Assembly (NCBI GenBank): GCA_964559765.1
Contig: CAZLHU010000001.1
Coordinates: forward strand, 9,242 to 73,241
Direction: 5' to 3'
Length of the DNA stretch: 64,000 bases
Source: an uncultured Candidatus Saccharibacteria bacterium
Lineage (GTDB): Bacteria; Patescibacteriota; Minisyncoccia; UBA6257; Colwellbacteraceae
The translations under genes and the position numbers were made by a program. Below, piece by piece: positions 49,118 through 59,563 of this stretch. Below the pieces are notes generated by a model. The model was not told the DNA's origin, ran no database searches, and worked only from the letters and a program-made list of their open reading frames with translations. Positions within the stretch are counted from its first letter, which is position 1. Each line of letters opens with the position of its first letter.

Positions 49118-49141
49118 TTTCTAACGAGTTAGCCTCATTCT

Positions 49142-49582
49142 TTAGTTTTTATTCTTACTTCGCAAACTGTCGACGGCCTTCTTTAGCTCGGACCGAACCT
49201 GTTCTAGCGGCTCGGACGGTGGATTTTTGACCACTGTATGTATTGATCCTCCGTTATCCCCCTCATAACGGGTGATAATGTGCACATGGAGGTGGTCAAC
49301 TGCTTGCCCGCTCATCCTACCGTGGTTTATCCCAATTGTAAAACCCTGGGGTTTGAAGGCGTTATTCATGGCTTCGGTTATGATTTTGACCGCCCCAAAG
49401 AGCCTCCCGACCTGATCTTGGGGGAGGTCGATTATGTTGTTGGCGTGCTCCTTGGGTATGACCAACGTATGCCCCAGGGACAGCGGATGTACATCCAGAA
49501 AACCAAGCGACCATTCGTCCTCGTAAACTATTTCGGAGGGAATTTCTTTTCGAGCTATCTTGCAGAACAGACAATCTTCCAT
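49142..49582 (-). CDS. HIT family hydrolase
   Basis: CLFC, GHTLVIPK.H and HLHVHII motifs. Confidence 0.95.
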   Translation of the reverse strand: MEDCLFCKIARKEIPSEIVYEDEWSLGFLDVHPLSLGHTLVIPKEHANNIIDLPQDQVGRLFGAVKIITEAMNNAFKPQGFTIGINHGRMSGQAVDHLHVHIITRYEGDNGGSIHTVVKNPPSEPLEQVRSELKKAVDSLRSKNKN

Positions 49583-49584
49583 GA

Positions 49585-50883
49585 CTACACTGTTTTAAGT
49601 CTCTTCTTGACCTCTTCAACCACCATTGTGATCGGAACGGCCTCCTGAACCCCGGTAGTCATGTCGCGGATTATTATATTCTCCTCAAAAGCCTCCTTCT
49701 GGCCGAAGATGAGGGCGAGTGGAGCCTCCATCTTTGCTGCGCGCTCAAGTTGGGTGGACATAGAATCCTTGCCCAACGCCTCGGAGATACCGACACCGCT
49801 TTTTCTGAATTCTTCAATGAGATTGAGCGACTTGCGTTTCGTTATCTCCCCTACGTGAACCAGGAACACGCGCGGTTTTGACTTAGGTGCGGTAAGTCCG
49901 CCTGAAGCCGTAGCGACTTCGATGGCTCTCTCTATTCCAGCAGCCATACCCACGGCCGGAGTTGGTCTTCCGCCAAGCATTTCGAACAGATAGTCATATC
50001 TCCCCCCTGCGGCGATGGCAAGATTGCCCCCTTCGGGGAACATCTCGAATACGGTACGGTTGTAATAATCCAAACCGCGTACCAACAATGGGTTTAAGGT
50101 GTAGGGAATGGCGACTTCATCCAAATACTCCAGCACGCCTTTAAAGTGAGTCTTGCAGTTGACGCAAAGACTATTCAGGATACTGGGCGCTCCAGCCTTG
50201 ATCGGCTGACAAATCTCGTTCTTGCAATCCAACAGGCGCAAAGGATTCTCCTTCAATCTCCGATCGCAGTCCTTGCACACCTTTTTGCCTTTGTAATATT
50301 CGGTCAGGCGCCTTATGTAATTGGGGCGACAGACCCTGCAACCTATTGAGTTGATCTGGACAGTCGTGTTTTTCAGCTTAAGCTCTTCGAAGAAACGGTA
50401 GGCGGCGATTATGACTTGGGCGTCATATACCGGGTCGCTTTCCCCTCCCAGGACCTCCAGGCCAAATTGGTGCAGCTCGCGATAGCGGCCGGCTTGAGGG
50501 TTCTCGTGGCGAAACACTGGGCTCATATAGTACAGCCTGACTGGCTGAGGCAGTCTGTTCATGCCGTTTTGTATGTAACTCCTGACAACCGGAGCGGTAA
50601 GCTCTGGACGCAAAGAGAAGTGGTCCCCGCCTTTTGTCCTCAGGCTATACATCTCTTTCTCGACTATATCAGTCGATTCGCCCACGCCACGCACAAAAAG
50701 GTCTGTGTTCTCCAGGATAGGCGTCTCGATCCTGCCGAAGCCGTAAAACTCTGCGACCTCCTTGCCTACCTTGTACACCTTATCCCACAACGGCCAATCG
50801 GTCGGAAGGGTATCCTTCATTCCCTTAGGGGTCTGGAAAGAGACTTTTTCGTTGCTATTTGTTTTTGTCTTAGGTTTGGTCAT
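49585..50883 (-). CDS. hisS: Histidine--tRNA ligase
   Basis: KEMY, LRPE.TA, FRHE.PQAGR.R, LVRGLDYY and GGRYD motifs. Confidence 0.97.
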   Translation of the reverse strand: MTKPKTKTNSNEKVSFQTPKGMKDTLPTDWPLWDKVYKVGKEVAEFYGFGRIETPILENTDLFVRGVGESTDIVEKEMYSLRTKGGDHFSLRPELTAPVVRSYIQNGMNRLPQPVRLYYMSPVFRHENPQAGRYRELHQFGLEVLGGESDPVYDAQVIIAAYRFFEELKLKNTTVQINSIGCRVCRPNYIRRLTEYYKGKKVCKDCDRRLKENPLRLLDCKNEICQPIKAGAPSILNSLCVNCKTHFKGVLEYLDEVAIPYTLNPLLVRGLDYYNRTVFEMFPEGGNLAIAAGGRYDYLFEMLGGRPTPAVGMAAGIERAIEVATASGGLTAPKSKPRVFLVHVGEITKRKSLNLIEEFRKSGVGISEALGKDSMSTQLERAAKMEAPLALIFGQKEAFEENIIIRDMTTGVQEAVPITMVVEEVKKRLKTV

Positions 50884-51427
50884 ATATAGATAAATCTGGC
50901 GACCATAGTCTCACCCCCGCGCGGACTACGCCGACTATTGCATTGCTCTTAACGGGGCCCCAACTTCTTGAATCGAAACTTTCGAGACGATTATCTCCCA
51001 TTACAAAATATTCACCCGGTCCGAGTTTGGGGTAGGTTGACTGCCCCTCCGTGACTACGCCGGCAGGAAGATAGGGTTCAGGCAAGACATTTCCATTGAT
51101 ATAAACCTTCCCATTGCTTATGGATACCGTGTCCCCCGGCAGACCTACGATCCTCTTTATGAAGAACTCGCTGTAATCCAATGGGTCGTGGAAAACGATT
51201 ATCTGACCCCTGGCTGGATTGTCAAAATGATATGTCACCTCGTCAACAAGGACGTATTCGCTGTCATACCAGGAGTTGCCGCTTATAAACGTGGGCTCCA
51301 TGCTTGCGCCGTTAACCACGAACGGCTTGGCTATGAACTGATATATCAGAAAAATGGAGATGACTGCCACCGCGAGGATCTCTAAAATTTCCCATAGCGG
51401 CATAAGAGATTGCTTCATCGAGGCCAT
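50870..51427 (-). CDS. lepB: Signal peptidase I
   Basis: SMEPT, IKRIVGLPGD and GDNR..S.DSR.WG motifs. Confidence 0.95.
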   Translation of the reverse strand: MASMKQSLMPLWEILEILAVAVISIFLIYQFIAKPFVVNGASMEPTFISGNSWYDSEYVLVDEVTYHFDNPARGQIIVFHDPLDYSEFFIKRIVGLPGDTVSISNGKVYINGNVLPEPYLPAGVVTEGQSTYPKLGPGEYFVMGDNRLESFDSRSWGPVKSNAIVGVVRAGVRLWSPDLSIYDQT

Positions 51428-51469
51428 TCTAATACAATTTTATCGATGAGGGCAAGCGATCAAGGATTG

Positions 51470-51991
51470 ATGGGCGTTAAGCTTGTGCTGGGATTGCGCA
51501 ACCCGGGCGAGGAGTACAAGGGCACTTACCATAATGTTGGCGGGCTCTTCGTAGATTACCTGGCTTCTGTGCTGGGCGTCAGCTTCAAGAAAGCCCGCTA
51601 TTTCGAATACGCCAAATCTAACGGACTTATTTTAGCCAAATCGCTTGTATACATGAATGAATCGGGTATAGCCGCAGCCGCAGCCGTGAAATATTTCGAT
51701 TTGGCGGGAGACCAATTGTCGGTTGCCCACGACGATTCCGACCTGACCCTGGGCAACTTCAAGATATCCGCGGGACAAAGCGCGGCTGGGCATCATGGGA
51801 TAGAGTCCGTTATCGTCGCGTTGGGCACAAAAGATTTTTCACGCATACGCATAGGGGTGAGACCGGGACAAGAGGTGAAACGTAAGAAAGCCGGCGAATT
51901 CGTGCTCAATCACATAAGCCGCAACAATTCTAAGATATTAGAGGGGGCCTTCGATAAGATCTATCAAGATCTGAAAAATTCACCGAACTAA
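51470..51991 (+). CDS. pth: Peptidyl-tRNA hydrolase
   Basis: GL.NPG..Y..T.HN.G, YMNESG, HDD and RIRIG motifs; start placed at MGVK. Confidence 0.93.
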   Translation: MGVKLVLGLRNPGEEYKGTYHNVGGLFVDYLASVLGVSFKKARYFEYAKSNGLILAKSLVYMNESGIAAAAAVKYFDLAGDQLSVAHDDSDLTLGNFKISAGQSAAGHHGIESVIVALGTKDFSRIRIGVRPGQEVKRKKAGEFVLNHISRNNSKILEGAFDKIYQDLKNSPN

Positions 51992-53892
51992 GGAACGTAG
52001 GTGAAGTTAATTGAATACACAATCCTGCCGTTACTATCTATAGTCTCTGGGGATATCTGAACATCGCTGAAATGCGATGACTTCTTAAGTGCGCTGTTAA
52101 GTATATCGGCGGTCGTCTTGTCTGCGGTGGACACCTGTACCGTAATTGGTGCGGATATCGACGTGAATTGTAAATGACTGAAAATCACTGGCTTTACATT
52201 GGGATTATTGTCCGGCACCAATTGAGTAAGGCTGGATAGCTGTTGTCCTATGCTCGCCGTGTTGGTCGCCGTTAGAGTGTTGTCCAAAGAACTTGTAGTG
52301 GTCGCCGCAGTGCTATTTATAGATGCCGGATTATAAGCGGCCGAAGGCACGCCCCAGCCGTTAACCTGGAAAGTGATCGTAAAATTGACCGAGCCGTTGG
52401 TGGCTATGGTTATCGTCGAAAATGGTATCTGCACCTGGCTAAGTTGCGGTATGCCAGCAATTTTGTTCTTGAAATCAGCCGCGACATCCTCACTGCTGGC
52501 ATCGCCTATTATGACCCCGGATTCATTAGAGGTCTGAAGCGACACGCGACTTATGGAAATATTGTCCAGTGCGGCTGCGGCGTTTATATCGCCTATAAGC
52601 CACGACACCTTGATCTGGCCGCTCCTAGCCTCTGCAATCATTGAAACCATGCTATTGAATTGGGTCGCGCTGGTTTCAAGGCCGGCCAGCTGCTCCGATT
52701 CCGTCTGGCTTAAGCCGGCGTTCTTGCTCTTAGAGACATCATTTGCGATGCTGTTTAAATAAAAATCTGAGATCATAAATAGGATGAGTAGGGCCGCGAA
52801 GATGGTTATCACCACGCTTCTCCAGAACTCAAGGTATTGGAGTATCTGATCTCCGCGATAGGCCTCGTGAGCGGTTACGCTGCTCAAGCTTATATCGGTA
52901 TCCTTTGATCGCGGAACCAGCCCGCGCAACGCTGCGCCGTAAATCGCACTCACCCTTTCATTATCGATAATGCTGACCGTGGCCGATGGGAAGCGGGCCT
53001 TCACGTCAGCCAACAACTCATCCCTCATAGAAGGCAGCATAAGGGCGATATCGCCGATCTGACCGCCCCAATGGCTGGAATGGAAATTAAGCAAACGCCT
53101 TATCTCAACTTCCATAAGATTCTTGACGCTATCCAATGTTATCGTCTGGTTTTGCCCTTGAATCGAAGCCCACGGCGAGAAGAAATTGAATGCTATGCTA
53201 TTGTTTCTGAGGATCATAAAATATATCCCGGCGGGCTGGAATTGTACGACGAGATAGGGAGACGTCTTATTTATGAGCCCGCTCGAATATAGGCTACGCC
53301 CCAGACTTATGGTGGAAGACTCTACCGCGGCTACGTAATAATTTGCTTCTTGAACGGCCTTAACGTATTCATCGATAACCTTGCGATCCGCGAAAGCTGC
53401 CAATAATTCAACTTGGTCGGATAAATTATTAGCCTCTCTGGTCGGAATGTTTTGCCAGCCGTAATAAGAAGTGTTGACGTCGATCGGTGAAACCATCCGC
53501 ATATTCAGGTCTGCTGCCTCAGAGATGTCATCACCCATCGTAGGGACGTTAAAAGTCTGAACATAGACATCGTTGGCCGGTATGGTGAGTATGACGTCTA
53601 TGGGCCTTGAATTGGTCGGCGTTATCTGTTTGTGCAACATGCGCAGCGCCGCGACAAACCTCGCTCCGTCTTTGACGATGCCCGATTCTATCACCCCAGG
53701 GGGCAAACGCAGGGATATCTGGGTCGCCCTACCCTTCTTTCCGCCGCGCAGTTCAAGATATTGCAGGGCGGTGTCTGAAACCTCAAGCCCACCCAACGGC
53801 TTATTTGGATTGAATGCCTCTATAAATTTGGCCCAATATGTTTTTAGATTATCCATTAAAACGTCAGTCTGGGATTTGTTTCGATGACTCAA
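51988..53892 (-). CDS. PilM/PilN-like fusion protein for type IV pilus assembly
   Basis: N-terminal actin-like GLEVSD...LPPGVIE.G segment, TM helix, then two PilN-like periplasmic domains; lies in the pilus locus. Confidence 0.72.
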   Translation of the reverse strand: MSHRNKSQTDVLMDNLKTYWAKFIEAFNPNKPLGGLEVSDTALQYLELRGGKKGRATQISLRLPPGVIESGIVKDGARFVAALRMLHKQITPTNSRPIDVILTIPANDVYVQTFNVPTMGDDISEAADLNMRMVSPIDVNTSYYGWQNIPTREANNLSDQVELLAAFADRKVIDEYVKAVQEANYYVAAVESSTISLGRSLYSSGLINKTSPYLVVQFQPAGIYFMILRNNSIAFNFFSPWASIQGQNQTITLDSVKNLMEVEIRRLLNFHSSHWGGQIGDIALMLPSMRDELLADVKARFPSATVSIIDNERVSAIYGAALRGLVPRSKDTDISLSSVTAHEAYRGDQILQYLEFWRSVVITIFAALLILFMISDFYLNSIANDVSKSKNAGLSQTESEQLAGLETSATQFNSMVSMIAEARSGQIKVSWLIGDINAAAALDNISISRVSLQTSNESGVIIGDASSEDVAADFKNKIAGIPQLSQVQIPFSTITIATNGSVNFTITFQVNGWGVPSAAYNPASINSTAATTTSSLDNTLTATNTASIGQQLSSLTQLVPDNNPNVKPVIFSHLQFTSISAPITVQVSTADKTTADILNSALKKSSHFSDVQISPETIDSNGRIVYSINFTYVP

Positions 53893-54292
53893 GGTTAACC
53901 AACCCCGTGGTGCTATCGACTCCGACTATAGTCTGTAATTTTACGCGTCTGCCCAAGGAAACCCCTTCGGATGTTATGGTTATTACGCCGACAGCAGCAC
54001 TGCCTTTTATTGTAACATTAGCAACGTCGTTTGGGCCTATGGTCAACGTGTAAGCTGACGGACAGCCGATAGTGGCGGGGCAGTTCTTATAGCGGATCAC
54101 TCGCATGAAGGCATCGTCCGACCCAGCCTTGGCATCAGACAAAGCCTGCGACGCTATACGCTGGCTGTTGGCCGTTGTGGCCAAGCTGGCTGCAATCCCT
54201 ACCGCAGCGACCGCCACTACTATTATTATTGCCGACAAAATCAATATAGTAGGCAAAGTAGCTATGCCGCTTTCTCGGTTATTTACTGACAT
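53864..54292 (-). CDS. Minor pilin, PilX-like
   Basis: ESG|IATLPTILIL with no E5; A...A.AG..DA. Confidence 0.75.
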   Translation of the reverse strand: MSVNNRESGIATLPTILILSAIIIVVAVAAVGIAASLATTANSQRIASQALSDAKAGSDDAFMRVIRYKNCPATIGCPSAYTLTIGPNDVANVTIKGSAAVGVITITSEGVSLGRRVKLQTIVGVDSTTGLVNLESSKQIPD

Positions 54293-54332
54293 ATATATAG
54301 CTTACCTCTCCCAAAAGTAAGTTGCTAATCCA

Positions 54333-55286
54333 TTACTGGCTTAGCTGCAGCACTCCAGGGCTGGTCACTATGGATCCTGTAGTGGAAGAATATTGATTTG
54401 TTGGTTGGGTAAACACAGTGCTTGAATTGGCGATCAGTCCCCCACTCCAATCGTTGAAACGTATGACTTGATCACTGGTTCTAGATATATTCTGACTGAC
54501 CACGTATGAACCTTGGGCTTGGCCCGTACTCCAGGTTATATTGACCGTCACTTGGAGTGTGGACGGATCCTGCAATATCCCAGTCAGATTTCCGGTGGAA
54601 GTAGCCACCGTGCAGGCCGTAGCTGTAGCGGTCGATATCGCACCGGTGCCGCAGGTGTCACGGAATATATTTTGTATTGAGAACCATCTCGAAAAGGTGA
54701 TCTTATTGGTGGTTATGGTCTCCACTCCTGTCCTGATCGAGAAATTGCGATATAAAAGTGCTGTGGTGGAGGTTCCAGAATAGGATGTGTTTAAAGTAAG
54801 TGTGGAGGTTCCGTTAATTACGCTGACGGTAAACGGCAGCGAATTTATTAGGATGTTATCGCCGGCATAGCCGCTGGTCGCCGCGACCAGGCTTGTATTG
54901 AAATTGGTGCTGGTGCTGTTGGCTGTAATGGTCGGCGAATTGAACGTTACATTAAACGTGCCTGGAAGCTGCTGGAACGTGGCCAGATAATACATCGAAC
55001 CGGTCCCCTTGTTCAGGTTATATATCTGCGACCAATTGCTTTCAGCGACCGAGCGCAGATTGTTCATCAATTCCTGCTGATATTGCGTAGCTAGTTCCGT
55101 GGCGCGATTTCTGCTATTGCTTGCCGTAGTCAATAAAAGAGCGCCCACCGCCGCGCTCGTCACTATTGTAGCGATGGTGATGGAGATCAATATTTCCATC
55201 AGAGATTGCCCGCTGCTTGGGCTATTCCTTATCGAGTTGCGAAGCCAATCGATTCTCCTGCCTATCTCAGAAGTTAATCGTCCCAT
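54333..55286 (-). CDS. Minor pilin, PilV-like, with an inserted beta domain
   Basis: SG|QSLMEILISI prepilin motif; C-terminal V.V.I.W. Confidence 0.78.
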   Translation of the reverse strand: MGRLTSEIGRRIDWLRNSIRNSPSSGQSLMEILISITIATIVTSAAVGALLLTTASNSRNRATELATQYQQELMNNLRSVAESNWSQIYNLNKGTGSMYYLATFQQLPGTFNVTFNSPTITANSTSTNFNTSLVAATSGYAGDNILINSLPFTVSVINGTSTLTLNTSYSGTSTTALLYRNFSIRTGVETITTNKITFSRWFSIQNIFRDTCGTGAISTATATACTVATSTGNLTGILQDPSTLQVTVNITWSTGQAQGSYVVSQNISRTSDQVIRFNDWSGGLIANSSTVFTQPTNQYSSTTGSIVTSPGVLQLSQ

Positions 55287-56559
55287 TTGTATCTATAGTT
55301 ATGGTATGTGAAGCCTTGGGATTGGCTATGGTTATTGTCGCCGAATTTAACGGCAATCCAAGCGGCTTGGTGAAGATGATATTGGTTGAAGCACCAACGG
55401 CTGGATTAGTAAAATTCAGAGTAGTGCCGCTGAAAGAGACTTCGTCCACGTTTTGTTGCGGCGCATTAGGTATCTCCGTCACAGTACCGGTGCCGTTTAT
55501 CACCCACATATTGGCCCCGTCGAACGTGATTGCCGACGGCATCCACCCCACCCCGGAATACGTGGTCATTTGGCCCGTGGGACTTATTTTAGTCACGGTG
55601 CTGTTGGGGTCGGCTGCATTTGTCGTCCACATATTGGTCCCGTCGAAGGCGATGCTGTATGGATACGTGCCCGTTCCCGTATATATCGTCATCCCGCCCG
55701 TGGGAGTGACCTTCGTAACGCTGTTATTATAATTCGTCACCCACATATTGGTCCCGTCGAAGGCGATACTTCGAGGAGCGGAATTCATCCCGGTATATGT
55801 CGTGATCACGCCCGTGGGGGTTATTTTGGTGACGGAATAACTGGGGTCAGCGGAGTTTGCCACCCACATATTGACCCCGTCGAAAGCGATACCATCTGGG
55901 CCCCATATATAGCCTGAACCTGTGAGGGGTATCGATGTCGCCACGCCCGTGGGACTTATTTTGATTATGGCGCCAGTACTATAGTCGTCCGCCCACATAT
56001 TGACCCCATCGAAAGCGATACCGCCAAAATAAACCCCCGGAGTGGAATATGTCGTCATCACGCCCGTGGGACTTATTTTGGTGACGGTACCATTGGCATT
56101 TGCCGTCCACATATTGACCCCGTCGAAAGCCATAGCATTAGGCTGAGTATTTAATCCAGAATATGTGGTCATCGAACCAGTAGGAGTTATTTTGACGGCA
56201 CAACTGCAGCTATAACCCGCCGTCCACATATTTACACCATCGGAAGCCATAACCAGAGCTGGCGACTGCCATGATCCATATGTGATCTGCGGCGCGCCGG
56301 TAAAGATAGTGTAGTAATCCTGACCCGCAACGGTATTGTCAAAATGCATGCCCCATTGTTGACTGTTCGCATCTGCGGCAGTCTTACTCATCGTCGCCCG
56401 CATATCCGCGACGATACGTTCGGTCATTGAGCTTACTTCCGTCTGTTCACGTAGATTGTAATAGCTGGCCGAGCCTATCCCAGCTATGACAGAGACGATA
56501 GCCACTACCATCAATAATTCGACTAGAGTGAAACCAGAGTTGTGTTTTTTCATGTTCAT
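55267..56559 (-). CDS. Minor pilin, FimT/GspH-like, with an inserted 7-repeat beta-propeller
   Basis: SG|FTLVELL; WGMHF; seven AFDG.NMW repeats; C-terminal F..P.G...I.I...G.I. Confidence 0.85.
   Translation of the reverse strand: MNMKKHNSGFTLVELLMVVAIVSVIAGIGSASYYNLREQTEVSSMTERIVADMRATMSKTAADANSQQWGMHFDNTVAGQDYYTIFTGAPQITYGSWQSPALVMASDGVNMWTAGYSCSCAVKITPTGSMTTYSGLNTQPNAMAFDGVNMWTANANGTVTKISPTGVMTTYSTPGVYFGGIAFDGVNMWADDYSTGAIIKISPTGVATSIPLTGSGYIWGPDGIAFDGVNMWVANSADPSYSVTKITPTGVITTYTGMNSAPRSIAFDGTNMWVTNYNNSVTKVTPTGGMTIYTGTGTYPYSIAFDGTNMWTTNAADPNSTVTKISPTGQMTTYSGVGWMPSAITFDGANMWVINGTGTVTEIPNAPQQNVDEVSFSGTTLNFTNPAVGASTNIIFTKPLGLPLNSATITIANPKASHTITIDTNGTINF
55480..56255 (-). repeat. Seven intragenic tandem repeats of about 120 bp
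   Basis: Recurrent ccacatatt(g/t)...ccc(g/a)tcgaa on the plus strand, encoding FDGxNMW. Confidence 0.9.
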
Positions 56560-56566
56560 TAATATA

Positions 56567-57778
56567 TTAACCCGTACTCGCGGTTAATTGATATACCGGG
56601 ACTATGATCGACAACGCAATAGTCCCCACGATTAGTCCGATGGCGACGAGCAAAACCGGCTCTATGAATGCGACCAACGTCTTAACAGATGAGTTTATTT
56701 CACCCTCATAGAACTCAGCTAAGGTCCCCAAGATATTCTCCAAATGTCCGGCCTGTTCCGATATCGAGATAAGGTTCACGACCACCTGCGGGAAATACGG
56801 CTCCTTGCGGAAGGCCTCGCCGATAGTAAGGCCCTTGGCAATTCCCTCACGCGATATGCGCAACAACGCCGCCTTCATTTCATTCGACCCCCCGGCTTCG
56901 GCAGATATCTCCAAAGACTCTATTATAGGCATCCCGGCATTCATCAACGAAGATAGGGTGCTGGCAAAACGCTGCAGGGCTATACGATGGACCACCTCAT
57001 TGATTACTGGTATACGGTCCACCATACGGTTGAATATAAACTTGCCGAAATCGCTGCGGAAAAAGAACACGCCTCCGACTATCAAAACGACCAAGCCAAT
57101 CATTATCTCAACCACGTATTGGCCCATAAACAGGCCTATAGCGAATACAACCGCCGAAAAAGGTGGCGGAGTGATGGCGTTGGTGTAAAAGCTCGCTGCG
57201 ATCTTGGGGAGAATAAAAGTCACCATTCCTAAAACTATTATTATGGCCATGCACACCAAAATGATTGGGTAAATAAGCGCACCCTTTATATTGCCGCGCA
57301 ATTCCGCGTCCTTCTCTAGGGTAGTGCTTAAGTTGTCGAAAACGCCTTCAAGATTACCAGACCTCTCGCCCGCTTTTACCAAATTCACAAAGACTGGAGA
57401 GAAAAACTTAGGATATTTGGCGAATGTAGTATAAAAAGGTTGACCCTTACCAAGATTGTCTCTTATTTCAATAAGCAGGGCCTTTACTATCGGCTTATCA
57501 AAATCGGCTATTAGAATATCTATCGCTTTGAATAGGTCCGTTCCCACCTTAAGCATCAGTGCCAAATATTTCGTCAAAAATACCTGGTCCTCAATTGTTA
57601 TCGACTGTCCGAATATACCCTGAATCCCCTTGGCCTGAAGCCCGCCCGTTGCCTTTAGAGACACGGGTCGCAATCCCTGCGTGGCCATCCAAGTCAGGAC
57701 GTCTGAAGGCCCCTGAGCTTCGACATCAGCCTCGACGATCCGACCATTTGGTTGTGACGCCACGTAATGGAATCTCAT
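56567..57778 (-). CDS. pilC: Type IV pilus platform protein PilC (GspF family)
   Basis: GE.SG.L, ALIYP, E..G.L and EP motifs. Confidence 0.93.
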   Translation of the reverse strand: MRFHYVASQPNGRIVEADVEAQGPSDVLTWMATQGLRPVSLKATGGLQAKGIQGIFGQSITIEDQVFLTKYLALMLKVGTDLFKAIDILIADFDKPIVKALLIEIRDNLGKGQPFYTTFAKYPKFFSPVFVNLVKAGERSGNLEGVFDNLSTTLEKDAELRGNIKGALIYPIILVCMAIIIVLGMVTFILPKIAASFYTNAITPPPFSAVVFAIGLFMGQYVVEIMIGLVVLIVGGVFFFRSDFGKFIFNRMVDRIPVINEVVHRIALQRFASTLSSLMNAGMPIIESLEISAEAGGSNEMKAALLRISREGIAKGLTIGEAFRKEPYFPQVVVNLISISEQAGHLENILGTLAEFYEGEINSSVKTLVAFIEPVLLVAIGLIVGTIALSIIVPVYQLTASTG

Positions 57779-59481
57779 TATTCTCCTATAACCCTAAGCA
57801 ATTCCTCGACGGTCGTAATACCCCGCTCGACTTTGCGGAGACCGTCCTCGAACATCGTTATCATACCCTCTTTTTTAGCCAGTACGCGCAGGTTATCGAT
57901 CATGAAACTCGGGTCGATGATCAACTTACGGACGTCATCGCTGACATTGAGCACCTCATATATACCAAGTCTCCCACGGTATCCGCTGCCCCCGCATACC
58001 GGACAACCCTTTCCGGCGTAAAGCGTCTTAGGCATTCGCGCTCCAGACAATCCCGACGCCTCGGCTTGTTTTTCAATGGCCGCTATCATTTCCGGGGTCG
58101 CTTCATAAGAATATATGCAAGAATCGCATATCTTACGCACCAAACGTTGGGCTACTACGGCATCCAAAACGGCCGCCACCAGGAAGGCTGGAACCTTGAG
58201 GTCTATGAAACGTGGGATGGCCGTGGGTGCGTCATTCGTGTGAAGCGTAGATAGGACTAAGTGGCCCGTGAGTGCGGCCTGCACGGCTATGTCGGCAGTT
58301 TCGCTGTCTCTGATTTCCCCCACCAGTATTATGTTCGGGTCCTGACGGAGAATGGACCTAAGCCCCTCGGCGAAGGTTATCCCAGCAGCATCGTTGATTT
58401 GCGTTTGATTGACGAACTTTATGTTGTATTCGATCGGGTCTTCGACGGTCACGATATTCACCTCTGGACGGTTAAGTATGTTCAGAACCGAATAAAGCGT
58501 GGTCGTCTTGCCTGATCCTGTCGGGCCGGTCACCAACACCATGCCGTAACTTCTCCTCACGTTGTCCTCGACTATCTTGGCTGTATCGTCGAACATGCCC
58601 AGCTCCTGGAAAGAAAGCGGACGGTTGGTCGATGGCAATATACGCATTTCCATCTTCTCGCCGTAGAAGGTTGGTATGTCCGACACACGGAGGTCCACTA
58701 GGTCCGAACCTATCTTGTATCGGAATCTTCCGTCCTGCGGCTTGCCATGCTCGTCGATCTTCATTCCGGATAGCAGCTTCAAACGGGCCACTATTGCGCT
58801 ATGTATCTGTGTGGGCATACGGAAAACCTCTTTGAGTACTCCGTCTATCCGGTAACGGATATAGATGAAGTCCTCGAATATCTCGATGTGAACGTCCGAC
58901 GAGCCTAGGGCCATGGCATAAGAGATAATGTTATCGACTATGGCGACTATCGGCACTTCGGTCGCGGCCTGCTCCCCTCTTATCTTGCTGCGAAGTGATG
59001 CTTCGAGGTTGTCAGAAATTATTTTCTTGAAATCGTGTGCCGTTGCTTGGCTGTAAAGTGCAAATCCTTTGTTTAGATCGACATCCCTGGCCAGGAATGG
59101 TTTTATAGGGGCTTTGAGATGGCTTTCCAAAAATTGCACTGTGACCAAATCCGATGGGTCTTCCATTGCCGCTTTAATCGAACCGTCCGGATTGCGTCCG
59201 AACAGCACGACGCGCTTCTGTCGGGCCACATCCTCCGTAAGCAAGGTCAGAGCAGAGATATCAATGTCGATCTTATCCAGGTTAGCTAAAGCTGTGTTGA
59301 AGTAGCTAGACAAGACCGAACTATAATAAGAATCGGTCATTAGGCCGCGCGAGATTATACTCTCGGCAACGCTTTGGCCAAGTCTTTTAGCGTCGGAAGC
59401 TATGGCATCGAATGTCTGAGAGTCGAGGAGCCCGTCCTTTAGCAGGATTTCTTTTAGCTTATCTTCGGGTATCTGAAGCAT
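57778..59481 (-). CDS. pilB: Type IV pilus assembly ATPase PilB (GspE family)
   Basis: GPTGSGKTTT, EDPIEY, LRQDP, GEIRD, TGHLV.STLH and Cys4 motifs. Confidence 0.95.
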   Translation of the reverse strand: MLQIPEDKLKEILLKDGLLDSQTFDAIASDAKRLGQSVAESIISRGLMTDSYYSSVLSSYFNTALANLDKIDIDISALTLLTEDVARQKRVVLFGRNPDGSIKAAMEDPSDLVTVQFLESHLKAPIKPFLARDVDLNKGFALYSQATAHDFKKIISDNLEASLRSKIRGEQAATEVPIVAIVDNIISYAMALGSSDVHIEIFEDFIYIRYRIDGVLKEVFRMPTQIHSAIVARLKLLSGMKIDEHGKPQDGRFRYKIGSDLVDLRVSDIPTFYGEKMEMRILPSTNRPLSFQELGMFDDTAKIVEDNVRRSYGMVLVTGPTGSGKTTTLYSVLNILNRPEVNIVTVEDPIEYNIKFVNQTQINDAAGITFAEGLRSILRQDPNIILVGEIRDSETADIAVQAALTGHLVLSTLHTNDAPTAIPRFIDLKVPAFLVAAVLDAVVAQRLVRKICDSCIYSYEATPEMIAAIEKQAEASGLSGARMPKTLYAGKGCPVCGGSGYRGRLGIYEVLNVSDDVRKLIIDPSFMIDNLRVLAKKEGMITMFEDGLRKVERGITTVEELLRVIGE

Positions 59482-59563
59482 TACGTTGTGTTAAGTATAG
59501 CAAAGAAACATGCCTCTAAATAGGCATGTTTCCGATGACAAAGGCATATCGGCTTTGATTGAG

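Noticed and set aside
55480-56255. Regularly spaced repeats as a CRISPR array
   Set aside because: They are degenerate in-frame coding repeats with a ~120-bp period, and no cas genes are present.
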